The notes under the pieces were generated by a model that made no database searches, had not been told where the DNA came from, and saw nothing but the letters and a program-made list of their open reading frames with translations. A program made the translations under genes and the position numbers. DNA of 64,000 nucleotides from positions 1 to 64,000 of the forward strand of contig JAAILG010001238.1 in assembly GCA_012026655.1 (NCBI GenBank). Reading direction: 5' to 3'. The first letter of the stretch is position 1; every line of letters begins with the position of its first letter. Origin of the DNA: Hydrolagus affinis (taxonomy: Eukaryota). Below are positions 51,536 to 64,000 of this stretch, piece after piece.

Positions 51536-52358
51536 TATTCAGAATTATAAAACACATGACAAGGTTTTAAAACTTTTCAGATTTTGCAAACACAAATGCA
51601 GTTCCAGACCACAAATGCATCTACAGTGTAGACCAGTTTTATAGCAAGCAGATTGACATTCTCATGTTTGCATTGTATTGTGTGTGTCTGCTTCAGGGAA
51701 GTAAAATACATGGTAAAACTCAGAGTGGCTAACAATTGAATACATTTGGAAGCTGACCTGACATAAGACCTAAACCGTTTATAACTAACATTGAAGTCAA
51801 CCAGAAGTGAAATTTAAACAGTGGACACAATTTTATTATAGTACTGTATTAAACTTCAAGCTTTACTGAAACAAGTAATATTTAAATGTGAAAGAGAAGG
51901 GCAGGCTTAGGGGAAATCCATAGAACTGTGTATAGTACAAGCAAGAGAATTTGTCAGGCACAATGGCCTAAGGAGATGCCTTAGGGATATGCGGCAGCTG
52001 TGTAAATCTCGTAATGTTAACTCAGAAGGCCAAATGTATACAGCAAAGGGTACGAATATAATGGAAAATCTGGCGGCGATGTGACACCTCCACAAAACAT
52101 TCCTCGGCTTGGAGATTAGACCCTACCTCGAAGAATCACCACATGCAATTCAAACAGCAACTCCTCAGAGAACACTTTTGAGAGCAATAGTTTTTCAAGC
52201 ACACAGCTTTCCAATAGGGTTACCGTAGCATTATACCATGGATCTCAGTTGGTAAAATGTACCATGGATATATGGTAGACTATAGTATATAGAATAAGAA
52301 GATATTTACTTTGGTGCTCTGTCTGTATTGAGTCGGTCCAAATAATCAATTATGATAC

Positions 52359-52444
52359 TGTAATCCTGGCATTTGATATAGCCCCTTCCAGCTGATGTGA
52401 AAGGCGCTCTACAAATGTAATTTTGTTGTATTTTGTTTGTTGTT
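52359..52444. mobile_element. Minus-strand SINE tail joined head-to-head to a plus-strand L2 tail
   Basis: taatcctggcatttgatatagc (SINE tail, -) followed by gatgtgaaaggcgctctacaaatgtaattttgttg (L2 tail, +). Confidence 0.75.
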
Positions 52445-52540
52445 CTGCATAGGAGGATGACTCACACTGCATCACAGGATATGCTGCAAAGTGCGTATTT
52501 GTAGATGGAATGAGAAGAAAAAAAAAGGCCTAAAAAGAAG

Positions 52541-52678
52541 CAACAGCAACAACAACACCAACAGAATTACATTTGTGCAGTGCCTTTCACATCGGGAGGA
52601 CACACCAAGACGCTGAACAGTCAATGTTTCAGACCCAAGCTAGGGTCGGGATCGGGGAGGCTGGAGGGAAAAGAGGGT
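52541..52678 (-). mobile_element. L2 3' fragment
   Basis: (caa)n...aattacatttg...gcctttcacatcgggaggac, then the purine-rich UTR complement. Confidence 0.8.
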
Positions 52679-52880
52679 ATGTGGTGGATTTCATGACCCT
52701 CCTCTTCAATGGTCCCATCGGTAAAAAGAAGCAAGTGAATATATTGCAGGTAAGTCAAATTAGAACTGGAAACTGTAAATAAATACATTTACATGATAAA
52801 AGGGTATCCATTACCAAAGCTAATGAATTGAGAACATGATTTGTAAAGCACTAAAACATTTAAAAGCTAGCATTTAAAAG

Positions 52881-53709
52881 CAAAACTGAAGCCCACCTGA
52901 CTGGCTCGCATCAGTGTCTCTGCACCGAGGCACTGGCAGCATCCAAGACTGCACTCTCCATCTCTTGAGCTAGTCAGGAACCTGGGTGTCTTGTTTGACC
53001 CGGAACTGTCCTTTTTCCACCACATCTGTGCCATTACCAACACTGCCTTCCACCACCTCTGTAACATTGTCAGACTCCCCAACTGCCTCACCCCTCAGGC
53101 TGCCGAAACCCTTGTCTATGCATTCGTCACATCTAGGACTATGGAAACTTCCTCCCTGTTGGCCTTCCCAGCTCTTCCCTTCACAAGCTGCAGAATCATC
53201 CAGAACTCTGCATCATGTGTCCTCTTCCGCACTAAGCTCTCCCACCCTTGCCTGGCTCCATTGGCTCCCCATCCCCCAGAGTATTGAATTCAAGATCTTC
53301 ATCCTCACTTTCAAAGCCATTCATGGCCTTGCCTCCTCCTATCTCTCTCACCTGCTGACTCCCTATCAACCACCCTGCCCACTCCATTCAGCGGGCTCTG
53401 GTCTGCTCCATGTCCCCTGCCTGATCCGTCCTACCATCAGTGGCTGGACTTCCAGCCCCTCTGCTCCCACACTCTGGAACTACATCCCACAGTCCCTTTG
53501 GCTCGATTCCTCCCTTGTCTCCTTCAAGGCCAGTTCAAGACCCTCCTCTTTGCTCATGTATTCTGCCGCCCTCCCAACTCTCTCCCTCCCCTCCTCTCCC
53601 CCCACCCTGCCTCTCCCCCTTGCTTGGGTCCTGAGCCCTGACCGTTCAGTGCCTTGGGACAGCCTGCCGACGTGGAAGGCTCTCTATAAATGTAATTTTG
53701 TTGTTGTTG
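52881..53709 (+). mobile_element. L2 LINE 3' ~830 bp (frameshifted ORF2 C-terminus plus UTR)
   Basis: RNLGVLFDPELSF...AETLVYAFVTSR, LHWLPIPQSIEFKIFILTFKAIHGLA, APTLWN; ends in the stem-loop and (TTG)n. Confidence 0.95.
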
Positions 53710-54921
53710 CTGGTTGCAGCAAATACAGTACACAATCTGAAACCATCTGAAGGTTGTTTCGCGATCAGGGAATTATTCCTCAGATAATAAAGGTAACACC
53801 ATTGACAACGTACATCGGGAGAGAAATGTTGTGGGTTAATGTCCCTGCATTTAACAGTATGAGGTTTTCTATTGTCTTTTAGCCAAAAAATAAATTGTCT
53901 GCAAAGTTAAGTTCATTTTGAGTATGAACATCAAGAGGAAAATGATCTTTGTGCATAGTGCGGATAATTGTATCTCAGTGTGTATAGGGCTCCGAAACAA
54001 CAAATAGGTTACTAGGTGATCTTGAGCAAATTGTTCTTTGTCGCAAATTACCTACATGTTAAAATTTATGGACTGAATAGCTAACAGTGGACTTGCAACA
54101 TCCCCAAAGGAGCAATTTATGTTAGAATGAAGATTTTGTGGAAAATCCTATTCACTCCTACCAAGGTTACACTGTTATTACACTGCTGGTGAAAGCCATA
54201 AACTTCCTCTCTGAAGTGATTTGGTGGATTTCCTTTTATTATTACCTTAAATTTGCTACGTATAAAGTGGAGGCAGGCGGGAAATGACAAACATCTCTAC
54301 AATAATATGGTACCATGTTCCTCGGAGTACCATTCATACCTATTTTATGATAAAAATCAATAATTAGTAAGTAGCTAAATGCAGTTTTGTGGGCGTTTTT
54401 TAAAATTCAGACTCCACAGCAACCATCTGGACAAAGCAAGCTAGAAATCCTCAGCTTCTGCTGCAGTGACACAATACTGCTGTGGGCATAGATGTTTTGC
54501 TTCCTGTAGAATAGCACTGCATAGTGAGAAGTCAGGTTTGTACTTCTTGTTATATATCGCTTTGAATTTTGGCCTGAAAATAAAATTGCCATACTACTCA
54601 CATTTATGTTGCAGAAGGTCAAAGAGCACTCATTGTGTTGTGATCAACTGGACTCTATTATAAGGTGAAATTCCTCGATTTCATCAACTTGCCTATTTGG
54701 ACTGCCTGTGAGGTGGTGAAAAGCTGGCGATAATGTGATTCACTGCCAAACGCACAGTATAAATATAGCATTAGCTACATGCGTGGTCACATCGTTCATG
54801 TAGCTCAGACATTTTATACAATCGAAAAAGGGCTGGAGAAAGACTATTAGAAATATATATAGTCACAAAATATTTGATCTTTGTGAAGAAAAAAAACTTG
54901 GATTTGCCATCTTTATTTTAT

Positions 54922-55226
54922 AGTTCTGTAGCTCAATGGTTAGAGCACGTGCATTGCAAGCAAGAGGCCTGAGTTTCTGTTCTAGGCATGACAAAACATT
55001 GGGCAAGTTTCCTTCCTCCACACTCTGATAATAATTGCTCCCAAAACATTGGTCATTTCAATCCACGACTGTCTGTGGGACACTGCTGTGTGCAATTGGC
55101 TGCAGCGTTTTGCCCACAAATTATACAGTCAATTCACTTTACAGTATATTCTGTGAAGCGCTTTGAGGCATCTAGAAGATGTGAAAAGCGCTATACCAAA
55201 TGCAAGGATTATTATTATTATTATTT
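54922..55226 (+). mobile_element. tRNA-derived SINE, full length, short subfamily
   Basis: Head tgtagctcaatggttagagc, body and (ATT)n tail. Confidence 0.93.
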
Positions 55227-55294
55227 ATTCAGAATTGGAAGCCTGGTGCTTGATGTGATAGACATATGTTGAACCTCAATCCTTCTTTTTCAAT

Positions 55295-55369
55295 GCCTTG
55301 AGATGTCCTCTCAATGTGAAAGGCGCTATACAAATATAATTTTTTGGTTTGTTGCTGTTGTTGTTGTTA
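55295..55369 (+). mobile_element. L2 3' terminal fragment
   Basis: gccttgagatgtcctctcaatgtgaaaggcgctatacaaat...(tgt)n. Confidence 0.85.
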
Positions 55370-56847
55370 TCTTTTACCTTTACCAGATGCCTTTCGTGCC
55401 CTTGCTGGATGAAGTCTTGGGAGCTCTTTGCACATTGTGTATCTTGCTATTTCTCTTTGATACATTTTGATTCCTTACGAGCTTTGTAGTTCCGACAATC
55501 AATATCACGATGTGATTTTGAATTCTTAAAAGATACTTTAAGTTAATAGTTTTAACAAAACTCCCAAAGAAGAATCATTTCAAGTCTCTCTAAATATATA
55601 AATTGAAGTATGTAAAAAAACAGAAAGGAAAAGATAGGCCAATCCAGCATCCAGACTGAACTGAGTTTCTAAACTAATAACATATTCATTCAACACTTTA
55701 ATATTTGAAAGTGAATGTTGGAATTGGGTTACTTTATGCTGCACTCATTTTCTAGAGCAACTTCAAATGAAAGCCACATTCAAATGGAGTCAATAACACA
55801 GTAAATGCTTTAACTCATTTGCGTTGGGCAAATCATAAACACCTGAATAAAGTTAAGAGTTTATGCAGTTTAGTTCAACTTGTGCTCTGACAAACAAAGT
55901 ACACATCTGAACTGTAATAATACTATACCTGGAAGTAAAAGTGGAAAATAACTGGCTTTTCTGCCTTAATTCGATCCACATCTTATTCCAACATAGATTA
56001 ACTGCATGAAATGCATTTGGTCATGTTTTCTCAGATTTCACTGTGTACTCTCTAAACTGATGAACATTTCTATCTCTGATCATCCATCTAGTAGTTCTAG
56101 CACTGAACTCTCAGTTCAGAGGGTAGGGATGATTGAATTTCACTTGAGACTCGGATTCAATCTTCCCGTCTTTAATAGCCAAGCCCTGCCAGCTATTTCA
56201 TGGACAGATGACTCAGCGATCTAGAATTGAACTGGATTTTGTTTATTGAAATGCAAGCATGGAACTGAGTAAATGTAAATGCAAGAATTCTCCTTAAAAA
56301 CAGCAAGGATGAGTTACTCATATGTTACAGACAGAAAGGAAATGAGGGAAGACCCTTTAATCACCATTCTTCTTCTGTTACAAAATTGCAGTGAGACTGA
56401 AATGTACTGCAGTGCAAAAGCAACTGCTGACAAAAATAAATATTCAATCAGAATTTCCCCCTGATTATTTTGCAGAAATCCTCCATCTCGCCCTAATACT
56501 TAATCACAAAGCATTTTTTTTTGCAAATATATGGAAAAACTCAGGAAACAAGACTTAGACTGACTGAAACCAAAATATTACCACAGATATTTAGCTAAAA
56601 ATATAATTTTCTACTGACCAAATATTTTTTAAAAAGGCTATTATACTGCATTCTACCTAACTTCATTAAACATCAGAAAATTATGGACATTTGAACACGA
56701 GTATAAAATGTGCATTTTTTTCTACCCTTACTATTCCTTGATCAGAGTTGTATCACTGAACAACTGAATGAGCGAGCACTATGAACAGGGAAAGTTCTAT
56801 AGTCCATGTAAATCATTGTTTCCTTGGTATACAGTCCACACTTTCAT

Positions 56848-56899
56848 ACTTTTATTATTTACTGACTTTTATTATTTACTGACTATTATTTCACTGACT
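56848..56899. repeat. Short tandem repeat, 17-bp unit, about 3 copies
   Basis: acttttattatttactg twice, plus a degenerate third copy. Confidence 0.85.
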
Positions 56900-59279
56900 G
56901 CGAATTTTTATATATAGATTTAGTGCACATATAGAAACAAATAAAAAACCTAAATCTTGTGGGAAAGTGAAGGAAACACTCATATTGCCGTAACTTAAAC
57001 TGAAACATTCCCAATTCCCACTTCTAGATTTCAGGCATGGATTACTGAATGTCAAATCAATCTGGGAGTTCTGAATTCTTGGATCATTGCCTTTTGATTA
57101 CAAATGAAGAGTGTCTGCCTGAAAAATGACTAAAGCTGGTAAAGTGCCCCAGTGGACTGCAACTTGATTAAAAACAGATACAGTTAAACTAGAAGAGCAA
57201 TACAAGTAAATGGGATTGTAATAACTTGGTAAGCTTCAAGTGTATATCAGTGATTTAAAAATAAACAGGCTTTATTGTATTCAATAAGATACTGGTAATT
57301 AGAATTGCCTACTATTTGGAAACGGAGTACATTTGTTCTGCAATGTGTATCCATTTATTTGACATGATCGTTTCTCGGTACACCTGAGGTTTGATCTTTT
57401 TTTCAATGACAATGATGACAAGGCTTCAAAATCTACTGGGGCTTTGCATTCTGTTAATGAAGAAATGTCCCACTTCTCACATAGGAATAGATGCTAGCAT
57501 TATCCAACCACATCCATGTGAACTAAGAGTATCAGAAAGTAATGTAAAAGTCAAATCAAACATTGAAAATAAAGGAAACTTTCATAGGATTAATCAATGG
57601 CTACTTCACATGATAAAGAAAATTAAGAAAACTATTCATTTTTTTCTCATAAGAAATAGCATTATCAGGAGATTATATACTTTAAAAAATATATTAATCT
57701 ACAGTATGCATTAGGAAAAGTGCAATCCTATGGAATGATTAGAATGTGCAAAAATTAATTGGTGAATGGATGAAAATCAGGTCTCCACAAGGTGATAGAA
57801 TGTTTCCTACTATTTTATAGGGGAAGATATCAATAGAAGAGTGATGAATGATGGGGTCTTTGGGGATCTATGGCCAGACTGGAAGTGGAAATCATCTTAT
57901 TGATAAAGGAATGACAGATGGAACAGAAGAATATTCAGTCCATAAATCTCTATGAGTTGAGTGGGAGAACATTCTATACATGTAGCGGTCTCATGATTAA
58001 TGAATGTTGGCATTCTCCATGACAATGTTTAGCATCCACCTGCATCCTTAGTACATTTGATATTGTACATTTGGTGGAAACGTCACTGCGATATACCATT
58101 CAACATGTCTGTTTTCCCCATTCCTCAAAAAGATCTGAGTTCCAAATTGAAATTAAATTTAAGAAACAGGTTCCTATGACAATTTTATTGTTGTTGTTCT
58201 TTTTGCTAGGAGGTGTGGTCGAGGCCAAGACACTGACACACTCCACAGCAAACAGAGTAAAAGTGAGTAATTTTATTGTTACAGGGAGACAGTAACACAT
58301 TGTACATTTCCTTCTGAATGTTTCAGAGCATAGCTCTGGTTTATATTAAATAATTAGTGCTTCTTTAAGGCAATTGTCTCATCGAATCATACTGTAGTTA
58401 CTTCATAAATATTAAGTACAGAATATTAGTCCCAATTTGTATCAGTGATTGCATCAAAGGTTAATGTATATAAATCCAAGCAAATTCATATTTTGTGAAA
58501 ATATATGGGAGATATTTAATATCAGTTAAACATGAGCCAAATTAAATCCTACTTCAATTGTGACATATAGCACACAGATTTAGTATATTAGTACATTAAA
58601 AGATACACAAAGTGGCAGTTAGGCTCAGTTCATTCAAGTGTGAGCTTTCAAATAATTGGCATAATTGGTGTTTTAGTCATTGTCCACTTATTTATTATGA
58701 CTGGGCACAATTCATTGCCCAGAACTCAGATTAGTAGTAATTACCGTAAGTGTAACATTATCACCAGTGGAAATATGCCGATGCAAAGCGCATTATATAC
58801 TCCTACTTGAAGGTCAACTTGCAACTGTGGCATTTGATGTGTCTGGTGCTGATCATTCAAACTCAGTACCATCAGGAAAGTTTTTAATTTAAAACTAGTT
58901 TGATTGTGCAACTTGTAAAAAAGAATGAACATTTTATACCTGGTTGAATATCAATTCAATGTGACGAGCATTACAATAATTTCCAAGATGAAAAAAACAC
59001 TTAATTGAAGCAGATTTTGCTTTTTGTAGTTAAAATTGGCATTCATGAAACTGATATGAAAATGGGAGACTGAGGATCTTCAAAGCTTTTGCTAACAATC
59101 CCTGATTTGCTATGAAATCTGTGGACTAAACTCTCTTCAACTGAATACAAAGCCATATCAATCCACGAAAAGACAGGTGAGGTGTGGTTTGACAAGTACA
59201 CGTATCCTTTGAAGCCAAATACTTTCATACTGTTTGTAGATTTTGAAAAAATAGTCACATAAAGTACAATAACAAGCTT

Positions 59280-59441
59280 TCCTGAACAATGAATGGTTTA
59301 AACAGGTACATACTATTACTTATAGATTTGTGTACAATAGAGAGAAGGGGATAGGAGGGTTGGAGCTCGTACGGAGTATAAAAGTGGGGGCAGACCAGTT
59401 GGGCCAAATGTCCTGTTTCTATATGTTGGTTCTGTATTCTG
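59280..59441 (+). mobile_element. Old CR1 3' UTR remnant
   Basis: gcagaccagttgggccaaatgtcctgtttct...ttctgtattctg is a CR1-type end. Confidence 0.7.
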
Positions 59442-59511
59442 CCACAAAGCACAAGTCATGTCTGAAATTGATGGCTATGAAAATATATTGCACCTAAACT
59501 GTGTGTCAGGG

Positions 59512-60050
59512 CAACAACAACAACAACAAAATTAAACTTGTATAGCGCCTTTCACGTCAGGAGGATGTCCCAAGGCCCTGGACAGTCACTGCTTCAGACC
59601 CGAGCAGAGGACAGGGACAGGGAGGAAAGTGGGGGTTTAGGAGTTACTGATGAGTCCATCGAAGAGGAGAGTCTTGAGGCGAGACTTGAAGGAGGCCAGG
59701 GAGACGGCGTGGAGGAGGGTCTGTGGGATGGAGTTTCAGAGGTTCGGGGCAGGGGGGCTAAAGGCTCACGCACCAATGGTGGGGCTGGTGGGTCGGGAGA
59801 CGTGGAGCAGGCCAGAGTCTGTTGAGTGGAGGGGCTGGGCAGATAGGTAAGGGGATAGGAGGTCATGGATGTAGGGTGGGACGAGGTTGTGGAGGGCTTT
59901 AAATGTGAGGATCAGGATCTTGAATTAGATCCTCTGGGTGATGGGAAGCCAGTGGAGACAGGCGAGGATGGGGGAGATGGGGGTCACAGAGTTTGGAACG
60001 GAAGAGATCACGGGCCGCAGAGTTCTGGATTATCTACAGCCTGTGGAGGG
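59512..60050 (-). mobile_element. L2 LINE 3' fragment
   Basis: (caa)n tail and stem-loop, then the reverse complement of the same ORF2 C-terminus as 53250-53700. Confidence 0.93.
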
Positions 60051-60194
60051 AGGAATTGGGATTTCAAGTTACAAGCTGTATTCTCCATTTGAGGGATTTA
60101 GATACCTTACTAAGAAATCCTGTTAAGAAATATTACAAATTTTGACCCCGATGTTGGCCTGTGGTAACATTATCTTATATCCAATTGTTTTGTA

Positions 60195-60350
60195 AGATAT
60201 TGCAATGCGCAAATTGACTGCTGTGTTTATCTACAAATACATAATTACTGCACTTGAGATAGCACTTATCCGCACCTGAAAGGTGTATATGTGTTTCAAT
60301 ATGTTCTGACATTGTAAGCACAATAAGAAATGCAAGGATTATTATATTAT
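60195..60350 (+). mobile_element. Degenerate SINE 3' half
   Basis: tgcgcaaattgactgctgtgttt...aaatgcaaggattatt. Confidence 0.6.
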
Positions 60351-60464
60351 TCTGTGAACAGGTATATTTTATGACATTTTGAGATGGAAGTAAGCTATAC
60401 ATAAAGCAGAAAAAGATGAAAAAAAATAAAAGAGCCAACAAATCCTTAACGAATTCTCATTGAA

Positions 60465-60630
60465 AACATAATAAATTTGTCACTCAATCCATGACTGTTT
60501 GTGGGACACCGCTGTGGGCCATTGGCTGTCCTCTTTTGCCCAGAAATATACAGTCAATTCACTTACAGTATATTCTGTGAAGCGCTTTGAGACATCTAGA
60601 TGTGAAATGTAAGGATTATTATTATTTTAT
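60465..60630 (+). mobile_element. SINE, 5'-truncated
   Basis: caatccatgactgtttgtgggacac...gtgaagcgctttgagacatctag. Confidence 0.9.
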
Positions 60631-60933
60631 CTAAGGATTCATCAACATTCTTTCCTGTGGTTTGATGAAGCTATAGAGTAGTACTTGATTTTACTCTGTG
60701 CTGGATTGAAAATTTACCTCTATTCATGCACCGACTCACACTTCGTTAATGCACAAACTGTTCCCAAAATAGAACAATTGGCGAATAAGTTGTGTTGCAA
60801 CAAGACAAGATTATTCATGCTGTTCCTAAAAAGTACTTTTTATCACCATGCCTCTGGAGAGAGGAAATGGATTCATGTTGTATTTCGCTGAGGTGTCTTT
60901 GTCCACACCTGTCTCCCTAGCTCATGAAACAGC

Positions 60934-61275
60934 GGAGCTCCTGTGGCTTAGTGGTAAGAGCACTTGTCTTGCAAGCTGGAGTGACCAAGCTGTGGAGACC
61001 TGTGTTCGAATCCAGGCAGGTCAGGGCGAAACCTTAGGCAAGTTTCCTTATTCCACATGCCTAATAATAACCTGTCCAAAAAAAATCCCACAATAATAAA
61101 ATTCATCATTCAATCCATGACTGCTTGTGGGACACTGCTGAGTGCAATTGGCTGCCGCGATTCACCCACAAGTATACAGTCAATTCACTTTATAGTATAT
61201 TCTGTGAAGCGCTTTGGGACATCGATAAGATGTGAAAAGCGCTATATCAAATGCAAGGATTATTATTATTATTAT
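60934..61275 (+). mobile_element. tRNA-derived SINE, full length, short subfamily
   Basis: B box gttcgaatcc, body and (ATT)n tail; small insertion in the head. Confidence 0.95.
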
Positions 61276-63179
61276 AACCTGTTATCATTATTAAGTACAA
61301 TGCTGTCCCAGAATCAGAAAATAAAAAGATGTTCAGCAACCATCACTTCCCTTATGATTTTCCTTTGGACTTTCAGCCCCAGAAAAAACCTGCTTTTACC
61401 ATTAGTATTGACTGACTGTGAAGGTACTGATCTTACTGGTGATCTCTGTAAGAATTGATTGTATCATTTTCTTTGACCAACGATCATAACTGAAACTGAG
61501 AAAAATGATTGCATTTGCCAGCCCCTTTTATTTTAGATTCTTCTATTGCTGTATGGTTGTTGATATTAATATTGTTGGTGTGTTGTCTTCCGATGAAAGA
61601 AAAATTAAAATTAATCTGGCCTTTCAAAATAAGAAGACAATGTGTTGACAATACAATGACAGCTTGCATTTATACAGTGCCCTTCATGTGGGATAGCTTT
61701 TTGAAACACTTAAGTACAATATATAGACTGTGCAAAGGTTCCTTTATACTATGAAGCAGCAGTCGGGCTTGGCAGCAGTACAGTCATGGAAAGGGAATGT
61801 TATTGCCTCTAGAAATGCTAAGACACACCTCAGGAGGTGCCTCTCAGCAGAGACAGTGCAAATTCCAACCTGCCACCGTCTGCTAACAATTTTCTAGTCA
61901 CGGGATGCCCTTGAGCTCCTGGCTCAGCTGTCTAGGCTTTGCTTGGTTGACCTGCTCAGATCTTCAGGAAGATATGGCACCAGCAAATGAGCAGCAATTC
62001 ATGTTCCAATTCCAAACCAGTAAATGGGTGAATGCGCTGGAGCTGTGGAATTATCCTGCAGTGTAAACAGGAGTACATTTCATTGCACTTGCTTTAAAAA
62101 GGCAATGTCTCTGTTGATAGTACGTTATAACGGAGTATCTCAGTCACTTCTCCCCTTTCTAGGGGGAAAGCGTTTTTCATACGATGGCAATACAGTGATT
62201 GGTACAAAGGACTTTCTAGATTTGACTGCAGTTAAGACAATAGAACCACTCTGCATAAAAGCAATCAGACAAAGTCATTGCGTTCTCCTACACAAGTGGA
62301 AGCTGAATTGTCTGTTCGTTATAACTAAGGGAAGCAATTTAAAAAGAAAATGGCAAACAACAAGATTGATTTAACAACGCAGACAGGACAAGTGGACTTT
62401 CAAATTCTACCTAGCAAGCGGGTAGGACTGAATAACTGTGAGTGAGTAATGCTGCAATTATACTGCAGTACTGACAGCATCTCGAGAGCAATGTGAGCAG
62501 GGAGTGATAGTTGTATGGGCCACAAACAGTGCTGTTCAATGAAAGGAAAGGAGAGTAGAAAAGGCTAAACTTTACACATATGTTATCAAATGTATACCCA
62601 GAGTACTGCTTACTAGTCTGCAAGTGTCAAAATTTATTTTTTATAAACACTAAGTAGAGCTGATGGGATCATAGTCCTTGCATTCACATTTGGCCATTAT
62701 ATCGTTAGATATTTAATAGCTGTGCTTCAATTTTATTAATTTTAAAAACAACTTCAATGACAGCAAGTTGGAACACGTGGCAGGTCACCAGCTGAAGCAA
62801 TGGTACAGCTGAGAGAAAACAAGATGAGAGCACCTGTTGGGTGTAATACAGCTCGTGCCAATCCCAGCTCTGCCTGGCAGACCTATGCTACTTTTTTTTT
62901 ATCATTGACACGTGAAACATTACACCATAGTAGCAATGCCAAACAGGCAGTAAGTATATACTGTAACCGCAGTACCCAATTTGTGTCTTTTTTCAGCTCA
63001 GGCAAATAGAAACCTGTGATAATAATACATCAGATAACATGCACCAGCTACAAAATCTGGAACTTTATTGAAAAGAGGATAATAGTCACCCACGTTGCAT
63101 GTTAGCCAGCAAAGCTACTGACATGCAAAGCGAGACTGCCAGAAACAGCGGCCACAAATATCAAGACAGAACAATATAA

Positions 63180-63237
63180 CACAATGCAAATTTACATTTA
63201 TATAGAGCCTTTCACATTTTACGTTTCCCAAGGCCCT
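63180..63237 (-). mobile_element. L2 3' terminal fragment
   Basis: aaatttacatttatatagagcctttcaca...cccaaggc. Confidence 0.75.
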
Positions 63238-63845
63238 TAACAATACCAGCTGGGCACCTGAGTTGAAGGTGAGAGCCGAAGGAGGTGGGGAGGCGATGAA
63301 TATATCACAAAACTGCTGCCCGCCATCTCACTACAGTAGAGACACACAATTATCCATATAGCCTGACATAATAGAAGGCACCACAAACAATAATGTCCCG
63401 CACACAATGCAATGTTTATTCACTTGCCACTGCATCGGTGGCAAACGTATAAAAGAAAGAGCAGTTGTTGGATTAGGTATATCGTGCCAACAGAATGGAT
63501 GTAAACAATGAGTTTTGTCCATTCTTCCCCAGAGTCACTCTGTGTTCTATTACACGACACTGGCAACAGAAAACTATCTAGGCTTTTGGACATCTTTGCT
63601 ACTCACTCTCGTACACTCTGCCACTGAAATAACCCATCAATTTTCTCCCTGTATTACAGATAAGGTAGCTGTCTAAAAATCTGTTTGGATTCAATTAATA
63701 ATTCAAAATGCTCTGAAATCTTAAATCAGGACAATCTATCAGAGGTTGTTACGTCACATTATCAATCCCTCTCCCGTTATCCAAGGAAATAGATAACCCA
63801 CAAGGCAAAGAAAGTTTACAGTCATCCCGAGCTCTTTCTTTTCTT

Positions 63846-64000
63846 GGAGTCCTGCAGCTCAGTGGTTAGTGCACTCACCTTACAAGTGAGAGACCTGGGT
63901 TAATTCCCAGCAGGTCAGGGCGAAACCTTGGGCAAGTTTCCTTACTCCACATGCCTGATAATAATCCCTCCCCCCACCAAAAAAAAAGAATAATAATTTG
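63846..64000 (+). mobile_element. tRNA-derived SINE 5' half (cut by the window end)
   Basis: ggagtcctgcagctcagtggttag...ccttgggcaagtttccttactccac. Confidence 0.93.

Noticed and set aside
52986-53750. Longest ORF (254 aa) as a host gene
   Set aside because: It is a frame-mosaic of decayed L2 ORF2 and its 3' UTR.
54773-54805. Small hairpins with 7-9 bp arms (also 21488-21512 and ~58702-58723)
   Set aside because: Expected by chance in 64 kb.
61057-61458. Recurring ORFs with [13 protein letters not shown]...KCKDYYY (also 54988, 24112, 20264, 15410, 18272, 33296)
   Set aside because: These are translations of the SINE body and tail, not a gene family.
62024-62374. 116-aa ORF with an acceptor at 62162
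   Set aside because: No donor and no recognisable homology; the length is compatible with chance.
1-64000. CRISPR array, operon or other prokaryotic/viral system
   Set aside because: There are no regularly spaced direct repeats and no dense ORFs; the sequence is vertebrate repeat-rich non-coding DNA.

Overview
AT-rich, CpG-depleted vertebrate genomic DNA, probably intronic or gene-desert. I recognise no host protein-coding gene, rRNA, true tRNA gene or CRISPR array. The repeat inventory suggests a cartilaginous fish, probably a holocephalan (elephant shark or chimaera type); this is an inference. It includes CR1 LINEs with an esterase ORF1, L2 LINEs with (TTG)n tails, an abundant tRNA-headed SINE with an L2-type tail and (ATT)n end, and a DeuSINE-like relic. 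Most ORF-track entries are chance ORFs or pieces of these repeats. Notable structures: (1) a CR1 with two internal deletions that keeps ORF1, most of the endonuclease and the 3' UTR but lacks RT; (2) a four-layer nested insertion in which a Tigger/pogo-like MITE splits a SINE at a TA; (3) a near-perfect G:U-containing hairpin with a triplicated end at 39.6 kb; (4) a 130-bp imperfect palindrome at 45 kb; (5) a foldback SINE dimer; (6) long and short SINE subfamilies; (7) covarying 3' stem-loops shared by the SINE and several L2 tails; (8) a + strand bias of head-bearing SINEs. Coordinates were read by eye, and old repeat boundaries are approximate (+/-10-30 bp). Family names come from remembered consensus motifs, not database searches.
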